This document shows positions 32,075-43,276 of a DNA stretch of 64,000 nt, in pieces; within the stretch, counting starts at the first letter, position 1, and each line of letters opens with the position of its first letter. Location: positions 384,001-448,000 of the forward strand of contig CAVTRC010000002.1 in NCBI GenBank assembly GCA_963737065.1, read 5' to 3'. Origin of the DNA: Candidatus Eremiobacteria bacterium. GTDB lineage: Bacteria; Vulcanimicrobiota; Vulcanimicrobiia; Vulcanimicrobiales; Vulcanimicrobiaceae. Both the position numbers and the translations under genes were made by a program. Below the pieces are notes generated by a model, which had not been told where the DNA came from, did not search any database, and saw only the letters and a program-made list of their open reading frames with translations.

Positions 32075-32357
32075 GAAGTGTATTAAACACGTTGCCTCAC
32101 TGCACAGTAATGTGCAAACGAAAACCCTGCTGTATGCGGGAACCTCCTTAAGCCCAAACCTACTCGCCGGCTTCTTTATAGAAGTCGGCAGTAAAAATGG
32201 TTTGGGATTGGACAATCCGCAGGAAACTTCAAGTCTGATGACTCGGAGGATCCTCAGAGACTATACGCAGGGCTCCGAAAACGAGTGAGATCGTTCGCGA
32301 TCTTCTCATCGGATGAAGATAGAGTCCAGTCCGGCGTGAAAGCGTCGGAGCAAACTG
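32075..32357 (+). ncRNA. Group I intron in 23S rRNA at L1931 (283 nt, no ORF)
   Basis: Interrupts CCTAAGGT^AGCGAAATTCC; ends in G; IGS CGTTGCCT (32090-32097); P/Q/R/S-like ATGCGGGAA, AATCCGCAG, TCAGAGACTA, AAGATAGAGTCC. Confidence 0.92.
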
Positions 32358-32399
<42 letters not shown>

Positions 32400-32657
32400 A
32401 GTAACGACTTGGACACTGTCTCAATGGGGATCTCGGCGAAATTGCAGTACCAGTGAAGATGCTGGTTACCCGCAGCAGGACGGAAAGACCCCGTGAAGCT
32501 TTACTGTATCCTGATTTTGGGTTCTGAGACTGTCTGTACAGGATAGGTGGGAGTCGATGATCCGACGGCGCTAGTCGTCGGGGAGACAACGTTGGGATAC
32601 CACCCTGATAGTCTTGGGATTCTAACTAGCGGCCGTTATCCGGTCGTAGGACAGAGT

Positions 32658-32690
<33 letters not shown>

Positions 32691-32691
32691 C

Positions 32692-32725
<34 letters not shown>

Positions 32726-32815
32726 AACGGTCAGAAACCGTTCGTACAGAGTGCATAGGCATAAGGGAGCTTGACTGCGAGACGGACAGGTCGAGCAGGT
32801 GCGAAAGCAGGGCTA

Positions 32816-32851
<36 letters not shown>

Positions 32852-32865
32852 TATCGGATAAAAGC

Positions 32866-32937
<72 letters not shown>

Positions 32938-32961
32938 ATCGTCGCATCCTGGGGCTGTAGT

Positions 32962-32998
<37 letters not shown>

Positions 32999-33006
32999 TA
33001 CGCGAT

Positions 33007-33047
<41 letters not shown>

Positions 33048-33475
33048 TGTGGGCGTTGGAAGTTTGAGGGGCGTGGACTCTAGTACGAGAGGACCGAGTC
33101 GAACGAACCGCTGGTGAACCGGTTGTCCCGCCAGGGGCATAGCCGGGTAGCTATGTTCGGATCAGATAAGTGCTGAAAGCATATAAGCACGAAACTGACC
33201 CCAAGATGAGACTTCAATCCCGTAAGGGTGAAGAGTCGTAGTAGACCACTACGTTGATAGGCCGGGGGTGGAAGCATCGCAAGATGTGCAGCTGACCGGT
33301 ACTAATCGCTCGGAAATTTTGACAACGCTTAAATCGCTCGAGTGTATGGCACTTGGGAGTTCTTCTCTGTACAGCTTTTGGAACCCAAACGGTTCGCGTC
33401 GTTTGGGGACCCAAACCAGTTTCCCACCGTGATCGGCTGGAGCTCAGGCTCGTCATCACGGTTGGGGATCAGATT

Positions 33476-33590
33476 TCTGGCGTCCATAGCGGCGGGGTCC
33501 CACCCGTTCCCATCCCGAACACGGCAGTTAAGCCCGCCAGCGCCAATGATAGTCGGACCGCAGGGTCCCTCGAAAGTAGGTCGACGCCAG
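33476..33590 (+). rRNA. rrf: 5S rRNA
   Basis: TCTGGCGTC..GACGCCAGA terminal helix, CCCATCCCGAACAC, GAAAGTAGG. Confidence 0.96.
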
Positions 33591-33602
33591 ATTTAATCGA
33601 CC

Positions 33603-33640
33603 AAAAGCCCGCGCAGTTATGCAGCGGGCTTTTGTATTTT
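33603..33640 (+). terminator. rRNA operon terminator
   Basis: AAAAGCCCGC..GCGGGCTTTT followed by T-rich tail. Confidence 0.85.
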
Positions 33641-33744
33641 CGCCTACTGATAAGCGACGTAATTCAACGCCTTTGAATCGGTAGGCTCCTCGTTCTATCG
33701 TAGACCTGTCAGTCGATCATGAGACCAACGCGTCGTGCCAGCAC

Positions 33745-34335
33745 ATGAGAGAAACGATTATGTCGACGAGTCGCGCAGTCGCCGGGGTATCGGATCATGG
33801 TGGTTGGGCCGTCCTCGTGACGGTCGCATCGGACTGTACGTTGCTCGACCGCCGGCGGGTTGAGTTGGTCGACGAGAACCTTCCGGCTATTCCTCATCAC
33901 CACGAGGCGCAGCTGCTGCCGATCGATTCAGCGGTTGCTTTAGTCGAGCGCGTCCGCGATTCTGCGGAGCGGCATGCAGCACTTGCTCTTGACGCTGTGG
34001 CGGGCGCGGTGCCGGATATTGCGCGCATCGCGCTTCGCAGCTGTCCCTCGCTACCGCCAACGATCGCTGAGCGAATCACCGATTATCGTGCGAGTAACGT
34101 TGCGGACTGGGTCATGTACCGCAACGCTCTTGCGTCCGCTGCGCAGACGCGTGGGTGGGGCGTTGACTGGTACGATGCGAAGACGGTGCTAACGTCGGCG
34201 AGCCGCGTATTGCAGGTCGAGAACTTCGACTCGCATTTTCTCGAAATGCGCCGTGTGATTGGAGCGCCGTGGAACGCCGATCACAAGCTCGCGATGGCGG
34301 CGGCGATCGTTAGCGCCGCGGCAGGTCCGCCCTGA
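33745..34335 (+). CDS. Hypothetical protein
   Basis: Clean 196-aa ORF with normal composition; GVSDHGGWAVLVTV, DRRRVELVD. Confidence 0.65.
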   Translation: MRETIMSTSRAVAGVSDHGGWAVLVTVASDCTLLDRRRVELVDENLPAIPHHHEAQLLPIDSAVALVERVRDSAERHAALALDAVAGAVPDIARIALRSCPSLPPTIAERITDYRASNVADWVMYRNALASAAQTRGWGVDWYDAKTVLTSASRVLQVENFDSHFLEMRRVIGAPWNADHKLAMAAAIVSAAAGPP

Positions 34336-34336
34336 T

Positions 34337-34630
34337 TCATAACCCGTCTACAAACCACCGTTCCCATTGACGAAACACGTCTTCGGAACGCACCGGACTC
34401 GCTCGGAAATGTCCGGCGACCGGCCAGACGACGAGCTTTACCTGCGTCCCGGTCGCACGTATATGCGGTCTCGCGTCAAGACATACGGCACTGTCGTCGT
34501 GAACGTCATTCCCGCAGTTCAGTATCGCGGTGGTCGTCTTCTAGTCGATCGTCGATCGCACGTACACGACGCGCGTAGCATCGGGCGCAATTGACGGTGC
34601 TTGCACCGCCGCGATTTTCGAAGGCGACAC
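34337..34630 (-). pseudogene. Internally deleted S9 (prolyl oligopeptidase-like) peptidase relic
   Basis: Hand translation: SIAPDATRVVYVRSTID*(shift)LEDDHRDTEL ... VKLVVWPVAGHF..PVRSEDVFRQWERWF. Confidence 0.55.
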
Positions 34631-35791
34631 TTACTTTGGGCGAATCCGGTAGATCGCGCCTGTTTGATCGTCGGCGACGAAGAGTGAGCCTTCCGGTCCG
34701 ACCGCAATTCCGGTCGGACGCCCGATACGTTCGATCGTTCCACCGTTTTGGTAGCCGCCGACGAATTCGCTCCACTGCGTATTCGGATCGTTCCAGTCTA
34801 TTGCGCGCTCCGGATCGTCGCCATGCATCGCAACGAACACCACGCGCGGTGGAACGTATCCCGGCAGCCCGTTGCCCGGACCATGCCATGAACCGTGCAA
34901 TGTCACGAATGCACCGCCACGATATTGCGGGGGAAATTCATAGCGTCCGTGCGGGTTAGCCGGATAAAACGTTGCTCCGATCGGCGTCTCGTATGCCGGA
35001 AAGACGACGCGCGGAAGCGCCGCATGCGAACAGTCCGCCGGCCACCGCGGATGAACGCGGCGGTTCTCGTAGCAGCTTGGCCAGCCGTAATTTGCGGGCA
35101 ACGCATGGGCCGTCACGTCATCGAAGATTTCATACGGATGGCCGGGCGCGAGATCGTCGACGCCGGCGACTCCGGCCCACAACGCGTGCGTTTGCGGATC
35201 GATCGCGAGCGCGATTGCGTTGCGAATGTGCGTTGCGACCGGAGCGATGTTGTGATGCGCGATATCGACACGTTGAATCGTCGCGCGTGTTGCATCGAGT
35301 TCCGGCTCGCACGCGTTGCACGAGGATCCGACGCTCGCGTAGAGCGTTGAGCCGGTCCACGCTACGCTCGTCGTCTCGTGATCGCGTGCGATTCCCGAGG
35401 GGCGAACGCCGGCAAGTTTCTCGGGAGAGGATCGTGCGTGGCTATCGCCGGTATGGTAGGCGATGCGGTAGACGCCGAACTGCGTGCCGACGAAGAGCGC
35501 GTCGTCGGAAACGGCTACGCCGGCTGCGGGTTCGTTATCGAATTGCGCAAACGTTTGCGGTGCTGCCGGATCTGGACGACTCGGCGTGCTGGATGATATC
35601 GACCGTATTCCCGCTCGTGCCGACGAAGAGATCGCCGTTCTTCGCAATCGCCAATTCACGCGCGCCGTCGACCGTTGCGATGTGCTCGAGCGTAAAGCCC
35701 GAAACGATCGCGCGGTTCGCTCGGATCCGGCGGCTATCGTCGCGGTTGGGACGACGATCAGTGCAGCCGCGAGAACACTACGGGCGAACAC
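34631..35791 (-). pseudogene. PQQ-dependent glucose/sorbosone dehydrogenase-like beta-propeller, copy 1, with compensating frameshifts
   Basis: SVGSSCNAC, HGSWH, GRPTGIAVGPEGSLFVADD; homologous GFTLEHIATVDGARELAIAKNGDLFVGT lies in another frame. Confidence 0.7.
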
Positions 35792-37060
35792 GATAGAGCG
35801 CTCCGGCCGTGTCGTCCGCTATAAACAAGCTGCCCTGAGAACCGATCGGCGAGTCCCGTCGGACGTCCGATCCGTGTCGTGCCGGACGATTGAAAGCCGG
35901 TGACAAATGCCTTCCACTGTTTGGTAGGGTCGCTCCAATTCACGGTTGTTTGCGGCGCGTCGCCGTTCATCGGAACGAATACGACTTGCGGAACGGCGAA
36001 ATAGCTGCCGTTGACTTCATGCCACGATCCGTGGGCCGCAAGAAACGCACCGCCGCGATATGTTGCCGGCAATGCATATGCGCCGCTCGCGGACGATGGA
36101 TAAAATACCGCGCCGATGATAGTCGAATACGCGGGAAGCTCGACGAGCGGTTCGACGGTGTTCGTGCAGTTCGCGCCGCTGCCGTAAGCTCGATGGTTTT
36201 CCTCGCACTGCGGCCAGCCGTAATCGGCGACACCCGCGTGCGAACTTACGTCGTCGAAGAATTCGTAGGGATGGCCGGTCGGAAGATCGTCTTGCCCTGC
36301 ATCGCCGGCCCAGAGGTGATTGCTTTGCGGATTCACTGCAAGCGCAATCGCGTTGCGAATGTGCACTGCTCGCGACGTCATCGAGCTCCGTCGAGCTGCA
36401 TCTGTTGGATCGTTGCGCGCGTTGGGTCCGTTTCCGTGCACGCGTTGCATGAAGAGCCGACGCTTGCATACACCGTTCCCGTTTGCAACGGCAACGCTCG
36501 TCGTCGAATGGCCGCCGCTGCTGCTCGTGCGCACGCTCGCAATCTTTGTAATTTTTTCCGCCGACGTGTCGCCGTCGCGATACGGAGTTGCGTAGACACC
36601 GGCCGTAGTACCGACGAATACGGTGCACGAGCTGCGATCGAATGCGACGCCTGCGGCGTCTGCGTCAGGCATCGTTGCAAACACGATCGGAGCTCCGGCG
36701 TTCGCTGCCGCTTCGGCGTTCGGCACGAGATACACCGTCGATGAGCTGGTGCCGACGAGCAGATCGCCGTTCGGGAGTGCCGCAAGCTCACGCGCGTGTG
36801 CGATCGATGCGATCGTTTCGATGTGCAGGCCGCCTGCAACGATCAAGCCCGATGGAGTGACTGGTGGCGATCCCGTCGCTCGCGGTTGTCATCGTCTTGC
36901 CGGAGCACGCCGACGCTGATGCTGGTGCGCTCGAAGTTGGCGTAGGAGACGAGCTGGCAGGAGAGCCGTCGTCCGGACCGCTCGCGCCGGATGCGCCTCC
37001 ACCTCCGCATCCGGCGGTAAGCGCTGAGAAGAGGAGCAAGGACGCGAATGCGGCTTTCAC
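35778..37060 (-). pseudogene. PQQ-dependent sugar dehydrogenase-like lipoprotein, copy 2, with ~4 frameshifts
   Basis: Lipobox TAGC in ORF 36788..37060; VYASVGSSCNAC in ORF 36378..36839; remainder in 35758..36846. Confidence 0.7.
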
Positions 37061-37136
37061 GCGCTAACGCTTCAGCATGCTATGCGAATGCACCAAGCGA
37101 GCAAATCAGATTGTCGGTTGACGATGGCGTGGTTCT

Positions 37137-38405
37137 TCACATGGCGGATGTACCCGCCGCAAGCCCGACCAGTGCCGTTCGTTCGAAAGCCGACCGAAAA
37201 AACTGCGGCGAAAGATTCGTCTCGCCGGCTAATCGCTCGAGATTCGTCGGCTCGAGATCTTCAGGCGTCAGTCGAACCATGTAGTCGCGTGCGACGGCAT
37301 ACGCTTCAGCATGGACGTCAACGAGGCGCGTGCGGATGCGTCCCGTGGACGGATCGACGAGCTCATCGAGCCGGACGGGATGCAATCGCCCGCCGGAAAG
37401 CGCGATGAGCGAGCCGCTTTCTCCCGAGAGAAGGTAACGAACCGCGCCGTAGCCGAGCGTCCTGGTGTAATCGAGGTCGAATGGAACCGGCCGCGCGCAG
37501 CGCAGCTCGTAGCCGACGTCTTTTGTGAGCACGGTCGTTTGCACGCCGAGCTCTTGTAAACGGCTGCGCACGCCGTCACGAAGAAGTGGACCAATGGGAA
37601 CGTCGGCAAGCCGAACGTGCCCGTACGCGTCGCGCTCGACGTTCTCCAGCGCAGCGAGAGCCTCGGCTGACACGCGTTCGATGATGCCTTCCGCCACAAC
37701 GGCGACGCCGTAGCCGCGTCCTTGCGTGCGTCGCTTCACGATCGCGCCGACGATCGTGTCGATCACTAAATGAAGGTCGAGTTCGTCGCCGGGAAATTCT
37801 TCCGGTATGACGGCGAGCGTTGCACCCGCGGACTTGCACATCCCGAGCGCAAGCGCTCCCGATTTGCGCCCCATGCACACGACGATGTACCAGCGCACGG
37901 TTGTCCGGGCGTCTTCGATCAAGCTCTCGATGATTTCTGTGCCGACCGAACGGGCCGTTTCAAAGCCGAACGTCGGCGCGTTTTCCGGAAGCGGAAGATC
38001 GTTATCGATCGTCTTCGGCACGGTACACACTCCGATGGATCCATTCGTACGTTCGGCGATCCGCGCCGCTCCGAATGTCGTGTCGTCGCCGCCGATGCAG
38101 AGGAGATACCGCGCGCCGAGCGCCTCGATCGATCGAACGCAACGGTCGAGCGTTTCTTCGTCTTTCGCGGGATTCGTTCGCGACGTCCGAAGGATCGAAC
38201 CGCCGCGCGTATGATTTTGCGCGACGTAATCGATCGTAAGCTCAATCGTCTTCGGCGGTGTACCGGCAGCAAGGTCGCGGTAACCGTCGTAGATGCCGAT
38301 GACGCGCAAGCCGCAATTGATCGCTTCGATCGCGGCAGAGGCAATGACGCCGTTGATCCCCGGTGCCGGACCCCCGCCGACGAGTATTGCGAGAGTATCG
38401 CTCAT
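37137..38405 (-). CDS. pfp: PPi-dependent phosphofructokinase
   Basis: GGGPAPGIN, GGDDT (Asp variant), PKTIDND, MGR. Confidence 0.85.
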   Translation of the reverse strand: MSDTLAILVGGGPAPGINGVIASAAIEAINCGLRVIGIYDGYRDLAAGTPPKTIELTIDYVAQNHTRGGSILRTSRTNPAKDEETLDRCVRSIEALGARYLLCIGGDDTTFGAARIAERTNGSIGVCTVPKTIDNDLPLPENAPTFGFETARSVGTEIIESLIEDARTTVRWYIVVCMGRKSGALALGMCKSAGATLAVIPEEFPGDELDLHLVIDTIVGAIVKRRTQGRGYGVAVVAEGIIERVSAEALAALENVERDAYGHVRLADVPIGPLLRDGVRSRLQELGVQTTVLTKDVGYELRCARPVPFDLDYTRTLGYGAVRYLLSGESGSLIALSGGRLHPVRLDELVDPSTGRIRTRLVDVHAEAYAVARDYMVRLTPEDLEPTNLERLAGETNLSPQFFRSAFERTALVGLAAGTSAM

Positions 38406-38521
38406 GCGCGAAGAAATGCACTCCGCCGATGGAGCTTTCCTATGCTGCTATGTGCTTGAATCTCTTCGGCACGCGATAAAAACGGCTCGATTCGTGTACG
38501 AATCGAGCCGTGAGAAGGTTG

Positions 38522-38923
38522 TTACGGAGCGGGTGAAGGCGACGCGAGCGGGGCGCCGTTTTGACCGCCGTGCTGTTGCCATTCTTGGCGCATCTTTTGT
38601 CTGTTCGCTTGCGCCTGCGCGCGCTGATCGGGCGTCAAGACGTTCATGATCTGTTGCTGAAGTTGCTGACGCGCTTGGGGATCCGGTTGGCTCCCTCTCG
38701 GATGCGCCTGACGGTATTGCTGCCTCAGCATTTGGATTTGCTGTTTTTGCTGGTCCGAGAGGTTCACGCCTTGTAACCAGCGGATGCCGCCGCGATGGTG
38801 GCCGTACGCGTCCTGCGACGCACCCGGCTGGGACTGAGCCGGAGCTTGCTGCGCACAACCAACGATAGGAAGACCGATCGCCACGGCGAGAGCCCCGGAA
38901 AGAAGAAACGGGGAGAATTTCAT
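38522..38923 (-). CDS. Spy/CpxP-like periplasmic protein
   Basis: Signal peptide, NLSDQQKQQI and VLTPDQR motifs, Gln-rich. Confidence 0.75.
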   Translation of the reverse strand: MKFSPFLLSGALAVAIGLPIVGCAQQAPAQSQPGASQDAYGHHRGGIRWLQGVNLSDQQKQQIQMLRQQYRQAHPRGSQPDPQARQQLQQQIMNVLTPDQRAQAQANRQKMRQEWQQHGGQNGAPLASPSPAP

Positions 38924-38986
38924 TGGCTCATCCTAAACGCGGCGGTTGAAGCTTGCCTGAAACCCGCATTAGAGAAAGGAGAGAGG

Positions 38987-39421
38987 ATGGAAACCGGCAC
39001 GCTGGTCTGCTATACCGAGCATGTGACCGTGAAGACGGAACGGCGCTACGAGATCCGCGACATCACCGAAGAGGTCGAACGCGTTCGCGAAGCCGCATTC
39101 TTAAAAGACGGGTACGTTCTCGTGAGCACGATGCATATTACGTCGAGCATCTTCGTCAACGATCACGAATCAGGATTGTGGCAAGACATCATGCAATGGC
39201 TCGAAGAACTTGCGCCGCGCAAACCTGACTACAAGCACCACTTAACCGGCGAAGACAACGCGGATGCGCATTTGAAACGCATGCTGCTCGGTCATCAGGT
39301 GCTCGTTCCGGTCACGAACGGCGCGCTCGATCTTGGTCCGTGGGAGCGCGTGCACTACGGCGAATTCGACGGTCAACGCCCGAAGCGGATCCTCCTCAAA
39401 GCGATGGGCATCGGCGGCTGA
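38987..39421 (+). CDS. YjbQ/UPF0047 family protein
   Basis: HITSSIFVND, GEDNADAHLK, LDLGPWE..EFDGQR. Confidence 0.9.
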   Translation: METGTLVCYTEHVTVKTERRYEIRDITEEVERVREAAFLKDGYVLVSTMHITSSIFVNDHESGLWQDIMQWLEELAPRKPDYKHHLTGEDNADAHLKRMLLGHQVLVPVTNGALDLGPWERVHYGEFDGQRPKRILLKAMGIGG

Positions 39422-39460
39422 ACGCCGCATATTCTAGAGGTGCTTGGAATTCGACCGGCA

Positions 39461-41068
39461 CTAGCGCTTCGGCTTGATTGCGACCGCTTTTACTGCGTCG
39501 TTTGCGTGCGATTCGAAGCGCTTGAAGTTATCGAAGAAGAGGTGCGCGAGTTTATCGGCCTGCGCGTCGTACGCGTTCTTGTCGGTCCAAACGTTGCGCG
39601 GATTCAGAACATCGCTCGGAACGCCGGGCACACTCTTTGGAATTGCGAGACCGAAAAACGGCTCGTGCTCGAACTCGTTCGGGATACGTCCTTCGATTGC
39701 GGCGTTGACCATTGCGCGCGTGTGCGCGATGGACATCCGCTTACCGATGCCGTACGGCCCTCCGCTCCACCCCGTGTTCACGAGCCAGCACTCGACATCG
39801 TGTTCGTCGATCTTGCGGCCCAGCAGTTTCGAATAGACGGTTGGGTGATGCACCATGAACGGGGCGCCGAAACACGTCGAAAACGTTGCTTGCGGCTCGG
39901 TGACGCCACGCTCGGTTCCGGCGACTTTCGCCGTGTACCCGGAGAGGAAGTGATACATCGCCTGTTCGCGCGTCAACTTCGAGATAGGCGGCAGCACGCC
40001 GAACGCATCGGCGGTCAGCATGATAATCGTATTCGGGTGGCTGCCCATGCTTGCGGGAACGATATTCGGGATGAACGACAACGGATATGCCGAACGCGTG
40101 TTTTCGGTCTTCGCGTCAGAATTCACGTCGAGTTCCCGCGTCCGTTCGTCGTAGACGACGTTTTCGATGACCGTTGAAAAATGATTCGTCGCCGCCCAGA
40201 TTTCCGGTTCCGCGGTCGGCGATAGTCGAATGACCTTCGCGTAGCAGCCGCCTTCGAAGTTAAAAACGCCGTCGCTCGACCAACCGTGTTCATCGTCGCC
40301 GATGAGCGGGCGGTGAGGATCCGACGAGAGCGTCGTCTTGCCGGTACCGGAGAGACCGAAGAAGATGGCGACGTCGCCATCCTCGCCGACGTTTGCCGAG
40401 CAGTGCATGGGCAGCGTGTCGCGCAGGGGAAGCAGATAGTTCATTACGGTGAAAACCGACTTTTTAATTTCGCCGGCATACTTCGTCCCACCGATCAGGA
40501 TCATCCGTTTCTCGAAATTCACCAGAATGAATGTCGAGCTGCGCGTGCCGTCGCGTTGAGGATCCGCTTCGAAGAGCGCCGCGTCGACGACCGTAAAGTC
40601 GGGAACGAATCCGGGAACCGGTTTCTCGGGCGTAATGAACAGGTGGTGCGCGAAGAGATTGTGCCAGGCAAATTCGGTGTACACGCGGATCGGCACGCGA
40701 TAGCGTTCGTCCGCGCCGACATAGGCGTCGAGCGCATAAACGTCGCGCTCCGAAAGATACGCGCGAACCTTCTCCCAGAGGTTATCGAAGACTGCCGCAT
40801 CGATGGGCGCGTTCGTATCGCCCCAATCGATATGCTCTTCGCTCGAACGTTCTTTGACGAAGGCTTTGTCTTTCGGCGAGCGGCCCGTGTGCGGGCGCGT
40901 GTCAACGATAAACTGTCCGTCTTTTCCAAGGATACCCTCACCACGCCGGAGCGCATGTTCAATCAGTTCGGGCGGTGTGAGATTCTCCCACAACGTAGCG
41001 GCTTCGAGTTTCTCCGGAACGGTTAGGATGATTTGGTCCCTCGTAACGTGTGCCTTGGAAAGTATCAC
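39461..41068 (-). CDS. pckA: ATP-dependent PEP carboxykinase
   Basis: [37 protein letters not shown]. Confidence 0.97.
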   Translation of the reverse strand: MILSKAHVTRDQIILTVPEKLEAATLWENLTPPELIEHALRRGEGILGKDGQFIVDTRPHTGRSPKDKAFVKERSSEEHIDWGDTNAPIDAAVFDNLWEKVRAYLSERDVYALDAYVGADERYRVPIRVYTEFAWHNLFAHHLFITPEKPVPGFVPDFTVVDAALFEADPQRDGTRSSTFILVNFEKRMILIGGTKYAGEIKKSVFTVMNYLLPLRDTLPMHCSANVGEDGDVAIFFGLSGTGKTTLSSDPHRPLIGDDEHGWSSDGVFNFEGGCYAKVIRLSPTAEPEIWAATNHFSTVIENVVYDERTRELDVNSDAKTENTRSAYPLSFIPNIVPASMGSHPNTIIMLTADAFGVLPPISKLTREQAMYHFLSGYTAKVAGTERGVTEPQATFSTCFGAPFMVHHPTVYSKLLGRKIDEHDVECWLVNTGWSGGPYGIGKRMSIAHTRAMVNAAIEGRIPNEFEHEPFFGLAIPKSVPGVPSDVLNPRNVWTDKNAYDAQADKLAHLFFDNFKRFESHANDAVKAVAIKPKR

Positions 41069-41120
41069 AGTTTTTCACCCCCGCAGGCCTCGCCTGCTGC
41101 AATTTCCAATGCAACGGCCG

Positions 41121-42290
41121 ATGCCCAAGCGATTGACGTATAGCCTTGCACTCGTAGCGGCTCTGTTTTTAGCGGCCGCGGGCGGCGCGCAAGCCGTGCT
41201 GCCATTCCATTTCGGATTATATCCCACCGGACCGCTCGACGGCATTACGGACATCCCCGGCGTTCGCGTCGGCCAGGTGACATTAGTCGAAGGCAGCGAC
41301 GTTCGAACCGGGGCTACCGGTATTCTTCCCAATAGCGACCCGTGGAATAACAAGGCTTCTGCGGCGGCGGTCGCTTTCAACGGTAACGGCGAAATGACGG
41401 GAACGCACTGGATCAACACCGCCGGGTATTTGGAAGTGCCGATCGTCCTAACGAATACCCTCAACGTCGGCCTCGCTGACGATGGCGTTGTGGACTGGAT
41501 GATTCGCCATTATCCAAACGTCGGCCGCAGCGATGACGTACCACTTCCGGTCGTCGCGGAGTGCGATGATCAGTTGCTCGATAACATTCAGTTGCGCAGC
41601 GTCAAGCAAGCGAACATCGTGACGATGCTTGACGACGCGAAGGAAGGGCAATTTGCGCGCGGCAGCGTTGGGGCCGGCACCGGCATGCGCGCATTCGGAT
41701 TCAAGGCCGGTATCGGATCCGCCTCGCGCGTGTTGCCCGCCACCCTCGGTGGCTATCGCGTCGGCGTTCTCGTTAACGACAACACCGGAAGCTCGCGTGA
41801 AGCGCTCACGATCGTCGGTGTTCCGGTCGGCGCGAAGCTGAAAAACGAATACAAGACCGTTTTCCCGCAACATATATCCGAAGCGACGTTGCACGGGCGC
41901 ATGGAGAGCGGAAGCATCATCATCGTAATCGCGACGAATGCGCCGCTCGATAGCCAACAACTTCACGCGATCGCGATGCGAGCGGCGCTCGGCATGGGAC
42001 GCACCGGCCTTACGTCCGATGTCGGAAGCGGAGATCTCTTCGTCGCATTTTCCACCGGGTACGTCTTCAAACGCACGGCAGAATGGAACATCGTTGCTCC
42101 GTCGACGCAAATCGTAGAGGATAATGCCACGCTCAATGCGCTCTACCGCGCAACGGCTGAAGCCACGCAAGCCGCGATTTACGACGCGCTGTTCGAAGCG
42201 AAGACCATGACGGGAAATGGATCCACGGTCTACGGATTGCCCGACGATCGCGTGTTGCAGATGCTGCGAACGGCGGGCGCTATCCAATAA
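41121..42290 (+). CDS. Secreted P1/DmpA family aminopeptidase
   Basis: GITDIPGVRVG, NGNGEMTG, GSVGAGTGM, G-SIIIVIATNAPL cleavage site. Confidence 0.88.
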   Translation: MPKRLTYSLALVAALFLAAAGGAQAVLPFHFGLYPTGPLDGITDIPGVRVGQVTLVEGSDVRTGATGILPNSDPWNNKASAAAVAFNGNGEMTGTHWINTAGYLEVPIVLTNTLNVGLADDGVVDWMIRHYPNVGRSDDVPLPVVAECDDQLLDNIQLRSVKQANIVTMLDDAKEGQFARGSVGAGTGMRAFGFKAGIGSASRVLPATLGGYRVGVLVNDNTGSSREALTIVGVPVGAKLKNEYKTVFPQHISEATLHGRMESGSIIIVIATNAPLDSQQLHAIAMRAALGMGRTGLTSDVGSGDLFVAFSTGYVFKRTAEWNIVAPSTQIVEDNATLNALYRATAEATQAAIYDALFEAKTMTGNGSTVYGLPDDRVLQMLRTAGAIQ

Positions 42291-42295
42291 CATCG

Positions 42296-42787
42296 ATGGC
42301 GTTCATCGAAACCGAGCGATTGATTCTGCGCACCTGGATGCCGAGCGATGCAGCAGCAGTGCTCGAAATTTTTTCCGACCCGGAAGCGACGCGCTTGTTA
42401 CCGCTGTCGAGGCAGCCGACGGTCGAAAGCGTGCGCGCGTGGATCGACCGGCAAATGGAAGAACAGGAAAGCGAAGGCTTTTCACTATGGCCCGTAATCC
42501 GAAAGCAAGACAGCCGCCTCATCGGATGGTGCGGACTGCATCGCGTGCCGGACGGTTACACGGAAATCGTTTGGGTTCTGCAGCGCGCGGCGTGGGGACG
42601 CGGTTATGCAAGCGAGGCCGCGCGCGCTGTTGCGCGGTACGCGCGTGACACACTGCGACTGCGGAACGTGTACGCGCTCATCGATCCCGCGAACCACGCT
42701 TCCGTCGCGGTTGCCTACGGGCTCGGGATGCGTTTCGATCGCGTCGTGCGCGCCTATAAGCGCGATCTTTTGCGATACGTGCTATGA
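42296..42787 (+). CDS. RimJ/RimL-type GNAT acetyltransferase
   Basis: IETERLILR, WGRGYASEAA, NHASVAVA. Confidence 0.88.
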   Translation: MAFIETERLILRTWMPSDAAAVLEIFSDPEATRLLPLSRQPTVESVRAWIDRQMEEQESEGFSLWPVIRKQDSRLIGWCGLHRVPDGYTEIVWVLQRAAWGRGYASEAARAVARYARDTLRLRNVYALIDPANHASVAVAYGLGMRFDRVVRAYKRDLLRYVL

Positions 42788-42818
42788 ACGATCGTACCGC
42801 ATCCCAGCGAAAACCGGC

Positions 42819-42874
42819 TTGACGCGCAACCGGCTTCTTTGGTATGCTCGCTGCGTCCTGGTGAATTAGGACAC
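42819..42874 (+). promoter_or_regulatory. Putative sigma70 promoter plus palindromic operator of GntR gene
   Basis: TTGACG-N18-TATGCT; GTCCT-N8-AGGAC palindrome immediately downstream. Confidence 0.55.
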
Positions 42875-42883
42875 CGATACATC

Positions 42884-43276
42884 ATGAAAGTGGCGTCGCT
42901 CTTTGTCGACGACGCATCCGCGCTTCCGGTATACGCGCAGTTGCAGCAGCAGTTCATCGCCGCGATCGGACGAGGCGAACTGCGGCGCGGCGAGCAGCTA
43001 CCGAGCGTGCGTGACGTCGCCGCTGCGCTCGGAATCAATCCGAATACGGTGAACCGCGCGTATGGGGAGCTCGAGCGCGACGGGGTGGTCGCCACGAAGC
43101 GCGGACGCGGAACCTTCGTCGCAAGCGCAAGAAGCGGAAGCGACGCGAAGCCGTTAGTCGAGGTCGCGGAGCGATTCGTCGCCCACGCGCGGTCGCTCGG
43201 ATACGAAGGAACGCAAATCGTGACGTCGGTGCGTGAGGCCGTCGCACGGTCGAAAGCACGAAGGAGCAGCGTATGA
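42884..43276 (+). CDS. GntR (YtrA-like) transcriptional regulator
   Basis: LPSVRDVA..LGINPNTVNRAYGELE..RGRGTFV; short C-terminus. Confidence 0.9.
   Translation: MKVASLFVDDASALPVYAQLQQQFIAAIGRGELRRGEQLPSVRDVAAALGINPNTVNRAYGELERDGVVATKRGRGTFVASARSGSDAKPLVEVAERFVAHARSLGYEGTQIVTSVREAVARSKARRSSV

Noticed and set aside
35580..36860. Programmed ribosomal frameshifting in the sugar dehydrogenases
   Set aside because: Too many shifts and no slippery heptamers noticed; decay or error is simpler
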